A stretch of 64,000 bases of DNA from an uncultured Puniceicoccaceae bacterium (GCA_963933835.1 CAWVVV010000002.1:384001-448000); one strand, 5' to 3'. Shown: positions 22,728 to 33,524, numbered from the stretch's first letter. Notes: a model not told the origin generated them from the sequence alone. A program made the numbers and translations.

Positions 22728-22756
22728 GTCGGACTGCGTCGCCTAGACCCCTACCA

Positions 22757-23149
22757 ATGTCGATGCGACCGACGGATCTCCTGCTTGTAGCAATCGGGGG
22801 AATGGTTGGCGCACTTGCTCGGGTCCTAGCCGAGCAGATGTTTGCTCCGCTTGCAGATGGCTTGGGGCTTTTCGCTGCGAATGTTTCAGGTGCACTGGCA
22901 CTTGCCTCGATTGCTGTTCTCAGCGATCGCATCGCTCCCAGAGTGCGTGTTTTTCTAGGGACTGGTTTCTGCGGATCATTCACGAGTGTTTCGGCACTGA
23001 ATGCGCTTGTTGCGCTTGAGACGCAGGGTGGGAGTGCTTTTTCCGGGGGGATGTATTTTGCCCTATCGATCGCCTTCGCGCTGCCGCTGGTCTATTGGGT
23101 CTTGGGTTGGAAGTCGCGAGATGAAGTCGAGGGAGGGCGCTCACAGTGA
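22757..23149 (+). CDS. crcB: Fluoride channel Fluc/CrcB, subunit 1
   Basis: GGMVGALAR, ANVSG, GTGFCGSFTSVS; four TM segments. Confidence 0.85.
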   Translation: MSMRPTDLLLVAIGGMVGALARVLAEQMFAPLADGLGLFAANVSGALALASIAVLSDRIAPRVRVFLGTGFCGSFTSVSALNALVALETQGGSAFSGGMYFALSIAFALPLVYWVLGWKSRDEVEGGRSQ

Positions 23150-23502
23150 GTCTGAGCCTTGAAGTCGTCCTTGCCATCGCACTGGGTGGCTCCGCCGGAG
23201 CGCTCCTTCGTTTTTGGATGACGCATCTGGGTAATGGTCGTGCGCCGTGGGGTACGCTAACCGTCAATCTACTTGGATCAGCTGCCCTTGGCATTTTGCT
23301 CAACGTTCAGGGAACGCTTCCGCAGTGGCTTTGGATTGGGCTGGCAGCAGGTGTCTGCGGGGCCCTAACCACATTCTCGACCTGTATGGTCGAAGCGGCG
23401 GAGTGGATGCGAGCGGGTCTCTTTGGGCGAGCGATTGCTTATCTCTTGGCTACCTTTGGAGGTGGAATAGGACTGATCCTGCTTGCTCTTAAGATGGGCT
23501 AG
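23146..23502 (+). CDS. crcB: Fluoride channel Fluc/CrcB, subunit 2
   Basis: GGSAGALLR, PWGTLTVNLLGS, GVCGALTTFST. Confidence 0.9.
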   Translation: MSLSLEVVLAIALGGSAGALLRFWMTHLGNGRAPWGTLTVNLLGSAALGILLNVQGTLPQWLWIGLAAGVCGALTTFSTCMVEAAEWMRAGLFGRAIAYLLATFGGGIGLILLALKMG

Positions 23503-23512
23503 TAACTTGGTA

Positions 23513-25301
23513 ATGGGTAAAATGTTAAGCGTGAATCGACTTCTTCAAGTATGGATATGTCTAGTCTTCGGTCTGCTGACGCTCGAAGCGCAGGCCGCAC
23601 ACCCCTTGGCAGATCGAGTTGTTGTTGTCGCAAATGCGGATGACCCTGATTCGGTTGAAATTGCGCGGGCTTATCAGAATTTTCGGGGTATTCCCGAGGG
23701 AAACGTCATCCTCTTATCGCTTCCGCTAGCACCACAAATCAGCCGAGTGGTCCTAACTGAAAGGTTGGTTAACCCCCTCCGCGCTGCGTTGATGGAGCGC
23801 GGTCTTGTCACCGGCGAATACCTCGGATCAAACGATGTTCACGGCCGTGAAGAAATCGAATGGAAAGAAATGCCCATTCGTTACCTCGTGCTCTGCCGTG
23901 GAGTTCCTTTGAAGGTCAATAAGGGGTCCAAAGACATCGATAGACCGCTCCTCGATGCTTACGTAAAACGCACTGCAGGTATTTCAGCAATGCCGGGTCC
24001 GTATAGTCGAACTAATGGCTCCGTCGATGGTGAGCTGGCGCTACTCGCCCATAACAATCAACCCGCCACTGGGATCATTATCAACCCGATCATGGGTAAA
24101 CTTCCGATCGATGAATCGGAGCAGATACTACGGGTCACTCGACTCGATGGTCCGACCAAGGAAGACGTCCTGAACATGCTCGAGGGCGTGCGCACGGTTG
24201 AGGCAGAAGGACTGCGTGGGCGTGCCTATTTTGATCTGAGAAATCGGAAGAAGGGCGATGCCTACCGTATTGGAGACGACTGGATTCGCGGTGCATCTGA
24301 AGCGGTTGGGCAAGTCCACTTTGATACAACGGTTGATAATCTGCCCAAGATTTTCGAGCTCCACGATCGTATGGACATGCCTGCAATCTATGCGGGCTGG
24401 TACACTGGTATCGTTGAAGGTCCCTTTCTGGCCCCCTGGCTTTCGCTTCGCTCCAGGGGCGATTGCGATGCACCTGCATAGCTCGAGTGCGGCCCGCCCA
24501 CACCTCAGTCAGCATCACTGGGTGGGCCCACTCATTGCACGAGGGGCGTCGGCGACAGTGGGGAATGTCTACGAGCCCTACCTGACCGCGACGCACCATT
24601 TCGATATTATCTTCAAAGCCCTCCTCATCGGTTATAATTTTGGCGATGCGACGCATGTTGCTCTTCCCTATTTGAGTTGGCAGGCGGCTGCTTTTGGCGA
24701 CCCGCTTTATCAGCCCTTTAAGGTGAGCCATGACGTCATGCTCAAGGCTGCTAAGCAGCATTACGATCCTGCCCATGATGAAGCAGTCATCCTTCGCGAG
24801 GTGAATCGTCTTGAGAGTGGCGGCTTCAAGTTCAGCGCGATGGACATGCTTGAAAAAGTATTCGCCCAGCATCCGTCACCCGCTCTCTCGCTGGCGCTCT
24901 CAGAACGGTTGGCCGCTGATGGGTCCGAAGCGAAAGCGCGTGCTGCGCTCCGCCGATTTGCACAGCCCCGAAGAGTTGAACCGCAACAGTGGGCCGTTTA
25001 CCGTGAGATCGCAGCTAAGCTGATTGAACTCGATCAACCAATTTCAGCCGTCGAGATCTACCGTTCGATCCTCGATGATGGGCGCCTGAACCGCAGCTAC
25101 CGCAAAGTCGTTTTAAAGGAGGCCCTGAATCCACGGGTTGGGCCAACGCCGGAAGAACGCACTGCTTGGCGTGAGACCCTCGATGGCATTATCGAGCAAG
25201 AGCGCATCGAAAAAGAGCGTGCCGCTGCAGCGAAAGCTGAGCGTGAAGCTGCGAAAGCAAAAGAGGAAGCGGCCAAGAAGGCAGCTTCCTCTGAAAAATA
25301 G
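23513..25301 (+). pseudogene. TIGR03790-family protein, split by a +1 frameshift in a C5 run (real or sequencing error)
   Basis: VVVVANADDPDS..IA..Y...RGIP, SVDGEL, RLDGPT, YAGWY in ORF 1; FAPGAIAMHLHSSSA, GNVYEPYL, LSWQ...GDPLYQP in ORF 2; removing one C at 24432-24436 fuses them. Confidence 0.8.
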
Positions 25302-25324
25302 CAGAGCCTTCGCTCGGAGGTGAA

Positions 25325-25948
25325 CTAGATCACGTCTTCGACAATCGAGTCGGCAAGACCGTATTCGATGCACTCTTCAGCATTCAGGTAAAAGTCGCGG
25401 TCGGTGTCGGCGCGGATCTTTTCGATGGGCTGGCCCGAGGCGTCGGCGAGAACCTTATTCAGCTCTTCGCGATGCTTCTCCATCTCTTGCGCCTGAATGT
25501 GAATATCCACGGCCGCGCCGCGCATCGTTCCCATGATCAAGGGTTGGTGAATGAGAACGCGGGCATGCGGATAGAGGAAGCGTCGGCCTTTCGTGCCTCC
25601 GGAGAGAAAGATCGAACCCATGCTTGCAGCAAGACCGACGACGACGATCCGGATCGGACTCGTGATGAGCTTCATCGTATCGTAAACCGCCATACCTGCA
25701 GTGATCGATCCACCAGGGCTGTTCAGATATATCGTGATCTCTTTGCCGGGGTCGATCGCCTCAAGGTAGAGGAGCTCTTCGGTCGCTTGACGACAGCGCT
25801 TGTCATCGACTTCGCCCCAGAAAAAGAGCTTCCGCTCATCCAAGAACTTGCGTCGCATCAGCTCACCCAGAGGCGGCTTCTTGCTTTCAGCAGATTCGTT
25901 TGGGGTCTTCTCTTCTTCGTCTTCAAAACGGGTGGAATTTTGCCACAT
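25325..25948 (-). CDS. clpP: ATP-dependent Clp protease proteolytic subunit
   Basis: YLNSPGGS, AASMG, LIHQP, DTDRDFY, YGLAD. Confidence 0.96.
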   Translation of the reverse strand: MWQNSTRFEDEEEKTPNESAESKKPPLGELMRRKFLDERKLFFWGEVDDKRCRQATEELLYLEAIDPGKEITIYLNSPGGSITAGMAVYDTMKLITSPIRIVVVGLAASMGSIFLSGGTKGRRFLYPHARVLIHQPLIMGTMRGAAVDIHIQAQEMEKHREELNKVLADASGQPIEKIRADTDRDFYLNAEECIEYGLADSIVEDVI

Positions 25949-26019
25949 TTTCCGAAAGAAGAGCCTTTCTCTCAGGCTGGCAAGTCACGAGCTAAGCTTC
26001 TTGCTCTTGAAGACGCTTT

Positions 26020-27657
26020 TTACCCGACGTATTTCTGCACAATCGGGATGCGTCGGCCGACGCCAAAGGCGAGGGGCGTGATCTTGAGACCGGGTGCAGC
26101 TTGTTTGCGTTTGTATTCGTTGAGGTCAACTTTTCGCACGATCTCATTCACGATCTCGCGGTCATAGCCTTGCTCGGCAATTTCGGCGCGCGATTTCCCT
26201 TCTTCGACATAAAGCTGAAGAATGCCATCGAGGATGTCGTAGGGTGGAAGCGAGTCTTCGTCCTTTTGGTCGGGACGCAGTTCAGCTGAAGGAGGCTTCG
26301 TTATCGTGTTCGATGGGATGATTTCGCGGTCGCGATTGATCCATCGGCAAAGCTTAAAGACTTCAGTCTTCGCTAAGTCGGAAATGACTGCGAGTCCACC
26401 GGCCATGTCGCCGTAAAGGGTGCAGTAGCCGACCGCGATTTCACTCTTGTTTCCGGTCGTAAGAAGGAGGGCGCCAAATTTATTCGAAAGGGCCATGAGG
26501 AGGAGGCCGCGAGAGCGTGCTTGAACATTTTCCTCCGTAACGTCTGCAGTGGCGTCAACAAAGAGCGGAGCGAGAGCGGAATTGGCTGCCTCGACGAGCT
26601 CAGCGATCTCAACGGTGTGATAGGCGATCCCGAGGTTGGCCGCGAGGACACATGCATCATCACGACTGTGTTGACTGGAGATTTCGGAGGGGAGGCTCAC
26701 GCCTACGACGTTTTCCGATCCGAGCGCCTCGACGGCGATGGCGGCGGTGAGGGCACTATCGATTCCGCCCGAAAGGCCGATGATTGCTTTGTGGAAACCG
26801 CTCTTTCTGACGTAGTCGCGTAAACCAAGGCTCAGCGCTTCGTAGATGTCGGCGCTTTCTTCCTGCTCAAAGTGTGGGTCAATCGATGGCGTGCCCTTGA
26901 GCTCGACCACTTGCACGGCTTCAGTGAATGGACGTAGTCCAGACTGAAGTTTGCCGTCAGCGCCCACGATCATGGAGTGGCCATCGAAAACTAGCTCGTC
27001 GTTGCCACCTACTGCATTGACGTAGACGACGGGCGCATTGACCCGCTTGGCAGCCTTAGAGACGATTACCTCGCGGGTTGAATCTTTGCCCGTATGCCAT
27101 GGGCTGGCTGACAGGTTGATGAGAAGGTCTAGCTCTGCTTTTTCGAGCTCCAACAAAGGATCACGATTGTAGTGGCGACTCGTTTCGACGATCGCTCCGG
27201 TCCAGATGTCTTCACAGATTGTGAGGCCAATCTTTTTACCCTTCCACTCGACGATCGTCGCTTTTTCGGCGGCGGTAAAGTAGCGGTCCTCGTCGAAGAC
27301 ATCGTAGGTCGGGAGGAGTGATTTATGCGCGCGATGTAAGACCTTGCCCCCTTCGCACCAAGCGGCGGAATTAAAGAATGGTCGGCCCTGTTCGGCCGGG
27401 TTCTTCGTGATCACGCCGATGACCGCTGGCACATCGCCGACGGCTTCTGCGAACGCTTTGAGTACGTCAGCTGTATCTGCTGCGAATCGGCTCTTGAAGA
27501 GCAAGTCTCGCGGCGGATAACCTGTTAGAACAAGCTCAGGAAAGACAACGATGTCTGCCCCGTCTTTGACGAGTTTAGAGTAGGTTTTAAGGCACTTGTC
27601 GAGGTTCCCTCGCAAGTCTCCAACGGTAGTGTTCAGCTGAGCTAGCCCAACTTTCAC
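26020..27657 (-). CDS. nadE: Glutamine-dependent NAD+ synthetase
   Basis: Nitrilase domain (FPEL, ICEDIW) plus [30 protein letters not shown]. Confidence 0.96.
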   Translation of the reverse strand: MKVGLAQLNTTVGDLRGNLDKCLKTYSKLVKDGADIVVFPELVLTGYPPRDLLFKSRFAADTADVLKAFAEAVGDVPAVIGVITKNPAEQGRPFFNSAAWCEGGKVLHRAHKSLLPTYDVFDEDRYFTAAEKATIVEWKGKKIGLTICEDIWTGAIVETSRHYNRDPLLELEKAELDLLINLSASPWHTGKDSTREVIVSKAAKRVNAPVVYVNAVGGNDELVFDGHSMIVGADGKLQSGLRPFTEAVQVVELKGTPSIDPHFEQEESADIYEALSLGLRDYVRKSGFHKAIIGLSGGIDSALTAAIAVEALGSENVVGVSLPSEISSQHSRDDACVLAANLGIAYHTVEIAELVEAANSALAPLFVDATADVTEENVQARSRGLLLMALSNKFGALLLTTGNKSEIAVGYCTLYGDMAGGLAVISDLAKTEVFKLCRWINRDREIIPSNTITKPPSAELRPDQKDEDSLPPYDILDGILQLYVEEGKSRAEIAEQGYDREIVNEIVRKVDLNEYKRKQAAPGLKITPLAFGVGRRIPIVQKYVG

Positions 27658-28920
27658 TTAGTCGAATTGATGAGGCGGCAGATGCTTAGCAACGCGCTTT
27701 TGCGAGAGCGAGCTGTAGAGCGGAAGTCCGTTTTCGCGAGGGATCGCGACTTCACCTTCGATGAGCGGCGCAGCGTATTTGATAAATTGATACGTCATGC
27801 TGACGCCGTCTTCGGCAATCCAGTTCGTCGGTAAATTCTTCACGCCATTGGCGACCTCTTGAAGGTCAGCTAAGCCCGTTCCACAAGTGTAGCGTTCGTC
27901 TTCGCCACGGACGAGAGTGATCATCTTGTCGGTGATGCCATTGAGCGCAGCCTCGACGGCCTTTTGGCCTACGAGATTAGCTTCATCGCGGTCCGTCATC
28001 GACATGTTAGTTGCGGCGCAACGTTGCGAGTGGCCGAGACTACAGGAGCGGGCCTTTACGCCCGTAACGTGTTGATCGAGGAGGGACTTGAGGTAAGTTC
28101 CGGCGCCGCCAAGTGCGGCGTGGCCAAAGCTGTCCGTCGTATTACCGACTGCAATGTAGTCCCCATTCGCATCCACGAGGCCTTCGCCAACGACGACGAT
28201 GCAATACTTCTGTGTCTTCAGGACCCCTGTTACATCTTCGAGGAATTTGTTCACGTCGAAGCTGACCTCTGGAAGATAAATGAGGTGCGGTGCGTCTGAT
28301 GGGTGGTCCCGTCGCTTAGCAAGGGAGGCGCCTGCGGCGATCCAGCCGGTATTGCGTCCCATTACTTCGAGAATATACACGATGTCATGCTGACCCATTG
28401 AGGCGGCGTCTTGAGCGAGCTCGCGAACGGTCGTGGCGACGTGTTTGATGACGGAGCCGTAGCCGGGCGTGTGGTCAGTGACAACAAGATCGTTATCCAC
28501 TGTTTTTGGAATGCCGATGCAGCGCATTTCCCAGCCGGCATTGCGGGCAAATTCGGAAATCTTGGCAGTTGAGTCCTGGCTATCATTCCCTCCGATGTAG
28601 AAGAAATAGCGAATGTTGTGAGCCTGGAAAACTTCCAAGATGCGTTGGTAGTCCGACTCTTTCTTGAGCTTGAAGCGGCAGGTGCCGAGGGCAGCCGCCG
28701 GTGTGTAGCCCAAGCCACGAATGGCTTGTTGGCTCTCTTCAGCAAGGTCGATGAACTCTTCTTGAAGAATACCTTGGATGCCATTGAAGCCTCCGTAGAT
28801 TTCTTCAATGCATTCGTGATTAAGGGCTTCGCTGATGACGCCTGCGAGGCTCGCATTAATGACCGCTGTAGGGCCACCGCTTTGCGCTACGAGGACGTTT
28901 CCGATGAGTTCTTCTGCCAT
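27658..28920 (-). CDS. Phosphofructokinase, PPi-dependent signature
   Basis: QSGGPTAVIN, GGNDS (Asp at the ATP/PPi-determining site), PKTVDND, EVMGR. Confidence 0.9.
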   Translation of the reverse strand: MAEELIGNVLVAQSGGPTAVINASLAGVISEALNHECIEEIYGGFNGIQGILQEEFIDLAEESQQAIRGLGYTPAAALGTCRFKLKKESDYQRILEVFQAHNIRYFFYIGGNDSQDSTAKISEFARNAGWEMRCIGIPKTVDNDLVVTDHTPGYGSVIKHVATTVRELAQDAASMGQHDIVYILEVMGRNTGWIAAGASLAKRRDHPSDAPHLIYLPEVSFDVNKFLEDVTGVLKTQKYCIVVVGEGLVDANGDYIAVGNTTDSFGHAALGGAGTYLKSLLDQHVTGVKARSCSLGHSQRCAATNMSMTDRDEANLVGQKAVEAALNGITDKMITLVRGEDERYTCGTGLADLQEVANGVKNLPTNWIAEDGVSMTYQFIKYAAPLIEGEVAIPRENGLPLYSSLSQKRVAKHLPPHQFD

Positions 28921-29058
28921 GGAGTGTAGTAAAGTTCGATTTTGTGAAACGGCGGAAACTTGGTGCTTTCCGATGGGTTGGCAAATTCTTTCGGGGCTTG
29001 AATGAACCCTTTTCTCGGGGAGGGCACAGTTCGCTGATAAATCACCGTTTTTTGGGCC

Positions 29059-31428
29059 TCAATTGGCCTCCGAAAGCCAGTCTGCGAACGCCTGCGTGGT
29101 TCGGATGATGTGTGGGTCTGCCCATTCGGCAGGGAAAAGTGTTTGATAACTTTTTTGGGCGAATCGGTTTCCGTGGAGGAGGATGTCTGCGGAATGGCCC
29201 GGGGCGCGCACGAGTCGACCAATCGCTTGCTGAATCCGCTGCATGCCCGGCACTTGGTAGACGGCACGGAAGGCATCGGGGTGGCCGCTTTCGCTGAGTG
29301 CAGTGCGTCGGGCTTCCTCGACGCTATTGACCTCCGGCAGTGCGGGGCCGACGACCATTGCGCGGGTCACTCGCCCGCCAAGGGAGTCGACCCCCTCTGC
29401 AAAGCTACTCCCGAGAACTAGAAAGAGGGCGTGGGCGGTTAGGAGGGACTGTTCGATGAACTCGTTTTGTTGCCTGAGATCGAGTCCGCGGGGTTGCATC
29501 GCGACTTTGGTCCATGCGCTTTGCCATTCGATCTGTCGGGCGACCTCCTCGGCGTAGCGATAGGAAGAGAAGAAAACCGCAATGGGCTGGGGCTGGCCTT
29601 GGCAGAGGTCGATGACGGTCTCGGCCGTCGTTGGGACTGATTGCGCACGCGCACGGAAGCGGGTATCGACCCGCGCATCGACCGCGACGCGATAGGCGCC
29701 TGCTCGCCATGGGGTCTCGGCTTCGAGGGAACAAACGTGCCCGATGCTTTGTTCGCTCCCCGGGGCCGGGAGTCCGATCATACGGCTGATTTCAGGGTAG
29801 GGCTGGAGCGTGGCAGACATCAGGATAGAGTGGCCGAAACGCTCGATGACGGGCCCGACTTCAGCGGCGGCATCAAGGCAGGTCAGTGACCATTGGCCAT
29901 TTCTCGGGCTCCATGAGAGGAAGGGTAGAAGCGTATTTTCAAGCGATTGGAGGGCTGCAGGGAGACTCCACAGTTGATCAATAAGGAGGGGTGGGACCTG
30001 TTCCCAAGCAATCCGGCCAGTCTGAATATGTTTTGAGCAGCGGCCCAGAAGCAACTGAGCTTCAATGGCTTGCGCTTCCGTTAAGGCATCGCAATGGCTT
30101 AGATGGTCGAGGGAATCAGCCCATTCACGAAGGTCGCGGAGAAACTTCTTATCGATGTCTCCGGCTGCGAGTTCGGTCGCGAAGAGGTGCCAGTTACTAG
30201 CGGAAAAAGAGTGTGACCAGCCGCTAGCGGAACGGCTTGGGAGGTTGTGCGCCTCATCGACGATGAGCAGCGTTTCGGCGGGGTTGAAGCCGATCGCGTC
30301 TTCGAAGACCGAGGATGCGCTGGGCGAGAAGAGATAATTGTAATCTCCGATCCAGATGTCAGCGAGCGGGAGGAGTGCTTTCGCGATCGCGTAGGGGTCG
30401 ACGTTCAAGCGTTCACCGGTGGCGAGGAGTCTCTCTGGCGTGACCGTGGCCTCTTCGAAGAGATCTTCTAGGCGGAGGCCAGCTGCGTTCCAGCTTTGCT
30501 GCATGTCGCGGCGTGAGATGAGCCGAGTCTGGTCGTCGGGCAGGGACAGCTCGCTGCGATTGCGCATTTGCAGGTAGCGCAGTTCAGTTTCCGATCCCAG
30601 CATGCGTTGGAGCTGACTTGTGACGGGAGTTTGACCGGAGCTTTTACCAGTGAGGAAGACGATTCTTGAGACAAGGCCAGAGCGTAAAGCGTCGATCCCA
30701 TGGGCGAGCGCAATGCCAGTTTTGCCGAATCCTGTCGGGGCTTCAAAGAGGACGGTGCGGGCCTTCTCGCTGACCTGACGGAGCAGGTCCGGAACGTCGG
30801 CTTGTCCGCTGCGCCATTCCACAAAGGGTGCGACGGGGGGCATCTCACCGAGTGCCTTTTGGGTCGATTGGCGCAGTTGGACGAATCGACTGAGCTTCAG
30901 TGTTTGCTCCAGAATCCGCCAGCTAGCCTCGCCCTCATCGAGCGCAACTTCTTGGATGAAGCCTTCGTCCATATCGACAAATACGAGGGTGCCGTAGAGG
31001 GGGCGGTCGTTCCAGGCTGGATGCTTGCGAAGAAGTTCGAGGTAGATCGAAAGCTGAGCGAAATAGGTCGGATAAGCATCGCGCAGCTCGTCCGGATCGA
31101 CCGGGAGGGTGCGGCGAACCGTTTTTATTTCTCGCAACTGTCGTTTTTCCGGCTGCGTCCAGACCTCATCAATGCGCCCTCGCAGCAGGGCGGTCCAGCC
31201 ATCGAGAGACCACCGGGCGCTGATCGAGACTTCACACTGTCTCGAGATTTCGGATTCCGTGGGCGCGGCTGTAATCGGAGCGTTTTGAAGCTGATCGTGC
31301 CACTGCCGGCCTACCTCCATGCGCCACTGGCTTCGGCTTCCTGAATCATTGAAACTAGGTGCGAGATCAAAGCGGGCGAATTCGCCAACGCTCAGCTTAA
31401 CTTGCTTTGTCTCGAAAACGATCTGCAC
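29059..31428 (-). CDS. PD-(D/E)xK nuclease fused to DinG/XPD-family SF2 helicase
   Basis: N-terminal GRIDE...EIKT...Q.SIY; EAPTGFGKT, DEAHNL, MSATL, EGVD, QAIGRLVR. Confidence 0.88.
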   Translation of the reverse strand: MQIVFETKQVKLSVGEFARFDLAPSFNDSGSRSQWRMEVGRQWHDQLQNAPITAAPTESEISRQCEVSISARWSLDGWTALLRGRIDEVWTQPEKRQLREIKTVRRTLPVDPDELRDAYPTYFAQLSIYLELLRKHPAWNDRPLYGTLVFVDMDEGFIQEVALDEGEASWRILEQTLKLSRFVQLRQSTQKALGEMPPVAPFVEWRSGQADVPDLLRQVSEKARTVLFEAPTGFGKTGIALAHGIDALRSGLVSRIVFLTGKSSGQTPVTSQLQRMLGSETELRYLQMRNRSELSLPDDQTRLISRRDMQQSWNAAGLRLEDLFEEATVTPERLLATGERLNVDPYAIAKALLPLADIWIGDYNYLFSPSASSVFEDAIGFNPAETLLIVDEAHNLPSRSASGWSHSFSASNWHLFATELAAGDIDKKFLRDLREWADSLDHLSHCDALTEAQAIEAQLLLGRCSKHIQTGRIAWEQVPPLLIDQLWSLPAALQSLENTLLPFLSWSPRNGQWSLTCLDAAAEVGPVIERFGHSILMSATLQPYPEISRMIGLPAPGSEQSIGHVCSLEAETPWRAGAYRVAVDARVDTRFRARAQSVPTTAETVIDLCQGQPQPIAVFFSSYRYAEEVARQIEWQSAWTKVAMQPRGLDLRQQNEFIEQSLLTAHALFLVLGSSFAEGVDSLGGRVTRAMVVGPALPEVNSVEEARRTALSESGHPDAFRAVYQVPGMQRIQQAIGRLVRAPGHSADILLHGNRFAQKSYQTLFPAEWADPHIIRTTQAFADWLSEAN

Positions 31429-31506
31429 ACACGCACTGTGTCGATGCGTTTTCTATCTTGGCAACTCTGACTCGGGATTGCGGCAACAGTGCTCGCAGAA
31501 AAAGCT

Positions 31507-32280
31507 CTACCGTAGCCAAAATTCTTTGATGTGAGGCGGGTCGAAAGTGGGTTCACGATCAACCTTGTTTGCGATATTTTCGTCGAATCGCAGGGAGCGA
31601 AATTTCTGTCCGTCGATGTAGAAATCAAAACCGGACTCGATGATGCCGCCCTCGATTCGGCTGATGCCTACGGGCACTGCGAGAATGCTCTGGAGAGTTC
31701 CGGCGAAGCGAAACGGCATCTCGATGGCGAGAATCAGACCCGATTCGAGATCGAAAATGTAGGTCATCTGGATCGAATCGTTGGATTCGATCTCAACCCA
31801 AGCTGCACTTCGATTCCTAATGGTGCGGTCATCTATGTAGGCAGTTTCCCATTCACCACTGAGGGCTTGGCGGAGTGGGAAGGCGATGTCCGTGACCATC
31901 CATCCTACGCTTAGAAATTGAGCTTTGGAGTCACCCGTGAGAGTGGCTGGGCGCTTGGTTTGTGGCGCGACAGCTTGCGACCAAGTGATCTCACCGTTGT
32001 GGGCGCGCACTTCATTGTGTTTGCGGCCAAGGTGGGTCCAGTGTCGTTCTTCATGCAGCCCATTTTGCTGGCTTCTCGTCCAGGTCAGTCCTGCTTGAAA
32101 GCGTCCTTCAGAATAGGTCCCTTTGCGTATGAGGGCTTGAAAAGGGGCCTCGGTCGAAGAGTCTCCGCGGACTTCGAGGTGACGCTCGATGAGGCGACTG
32201 GCGTCCTCGTCTGCGTGAGCCAATGCAGGGGTGACCAAGGCCGTGATGAGGACTGTCAGGACTTTTGGGGAAAACCGCAT
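31507..32280 (-). CDS. Exported protein, LolA-like fold (similar architecture to 1085-1828)
   Basis: Signal peptide ending AHA; IERHLEVRG start of mature part; C-terminal N......F.PP. Confidence 0.55.
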   Translation of the reverse strand: MRFSPKVLTVLITALVTPALAHADEDASRLIERHLEVRGDSSTEAPFQALIRKGTYSEGRFQAGLTWTRSQQNGLHEERHWTHLGRKHNEVRAHNGEITWSQAVAPQTKRPATLTGDSKAQFLSVGWMVTDIAFPLRQALSGEWETAYIDDRTIRNRSAAWVEIESNDSIQMTYIFDLESGLILAIEMPFRFAGTLQSILAVPVGISRIEGGIIESGFDFYIDGQKFRSLRFDENIANKVDREPTFDPPHIKEFWLR

Positions 32281-32353
32281 TACCCGATAATATCGGACAG
32301 ATGCCTAGAGCCTTAAGGCCGATTGGGCGGTCTTAGATGCCCGCTCCGGAAGA

Positions 32354-33517
32354 CTAAAAGATGATCGAGACACCAGCGGACCCGATTGCAGGGGAACTGA
32401 TGTCGAGCTCGTAGATGGAATCTTCGATTGTAACAGGGTCCAGATCACCGAAGCCTAACTGAATCATGCTGGCGTGAAAACCGACGCTGGGAGTGAGCTG
32501 GTAGCGTAGGAGACCTTCGATGTAGTAGCCTATCAAAGTCTCGTTTTCTTTTACGGATGTGGTTTGGGAGAAATCAGCAAATTGTCGGAATTCGATCGGG
32601 AGACCGTCGTTGATTGTCTTTGTCTCGCTGACCCTGGCATCGAGGTAGGCAAGGGCGACACCGCCACTCAGTTCGAAATAGAGCTCATCGATGAGGCGAA
32701 CGCTGACAGATGGTCCGAGGCGGGCCATGGCGACGGCGCCATTGTATTCGAATTCAACATCGACCGGCACCTCAGCCACAACCGGATTTCCCGTTGTCGG
32801 ATCGATGTAGGAGTAAGTCTGCCCAGTGGCAGATTCATATGTGTTCGCTAACATGCCCACATCGACTCTGACCGGCCCTAGCGAGCTACTGGAATTAAAG
32901 GGTAAGGCAGCACCGAGGTCGATCGGTTGAGAGACGCCAAAATTTTGACTATCGATGCGCAGCTCTGAGTTGACGGTGGTGATGGCATCGAAATCAAGAT
33001 TGTAGATGCCTAAGCCAGCCACGATGCCGAAGCGGATGCGCTTCTTGGCATGGCCAAACTCATATTTGTAGGCGATCTCCCAGCCGGTGTTTGCAGATTC
33101 CTCGAGCTCGAGCTCGGCGCCGAGGGATACCGCGCTGTAGCGATTGAGAGTAAATTCGTCGAGCGACTGGCCCGATTTCCGACCGAAGGGATCGACACTG
33201 GAAACCAAGTTGCCGGTCTGCTCATCCCACGAAAAGACGAATTCAGTCGTGGTTGTTTGGCCTGCGGGGACGGTGATGAATCCGTCATTGTAAAAGTAGG
33301 TTGTTGAACCGTCGTCGGGATTGAGCTCTGAGCCAGTGAATCTGACTGAGCCCAGGTTTTTCAGCTTCATGCTTACGCCAAAGAGCGCGCTGGCGTTGAA
33401 CCGTGTCGTCCAGCGTTTCTCTTGGGCCACCGCTGGCCTGTAGACGGGACGCTGTGCCTCCGCGATCGTTGCGATGCTGAGACTTGCGAGAAGCGTAAAA
33501 AGGGTTGGGCGTAGCAT
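32354..33517 (-). CDS. Putative outer-membrane beta-barrel protein
   Basis: Signal peptide ending AEA; alternating amphipathic strands (GWEIAYKYEF, YFELSGGVALAY, GYYIEGLLRYQL); C-terminal Phe (GVSIIF). Confidence 0.7.
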   Translation of the reverse strand: MLRPTLFTLLASLSIATIAEAQRPVYRPAVAQEKRWTTRFNASALFGVSMKLKNLGSVRFTGSELNPDDGSTTYFYNDGFITVPAGQTTTTEFVFSWDEQTGNLVSSVDPFGRKSGQSLDEFTLNRYSAVSLGAELELEESANTGWEIAYKYEFGHAKKRIRFGIVAGLGIYNLDFDAITTVNSELRIDSQNFGVSQPIDLGAALPFNSSSSLGPVRVDVGMLANTYESATGQTYSYIDPTTGNPVVAEVPVDVEFEYNGAVAMARLGPSVSVRLIDELYFELSGGVALAYLDARVSETKTINDGLPIEFRQFADFSQTTSVKENETLIGYYIEGLLRYQLTPSVGFHASMIQLGFGDLDPVTIEDSIYELDISSPAIGSAGVSIIF

Positions 33518-33524
33518 AGGTCTA

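Noticed and set aside
22728..22756. Fluoride riboswitch ahead of crcB
   Set aside because: Only 29 nt are available and no recognisable aptamer consensus is present.
25195..25295. Ala/Lys/Glu-rich repeat at the end of the TIGR03790 gene
   Set aside because: Low-complexity helical protein tail, not a DNA repeat element.
25472..26167. Long antisense ORFs (e.g. 25472-26167, 24135-24872, 30700-31344, 53296-53925)
   Set aside because: They are shadows of well-supported genes on the opposite strand and have no recognisable motifs.
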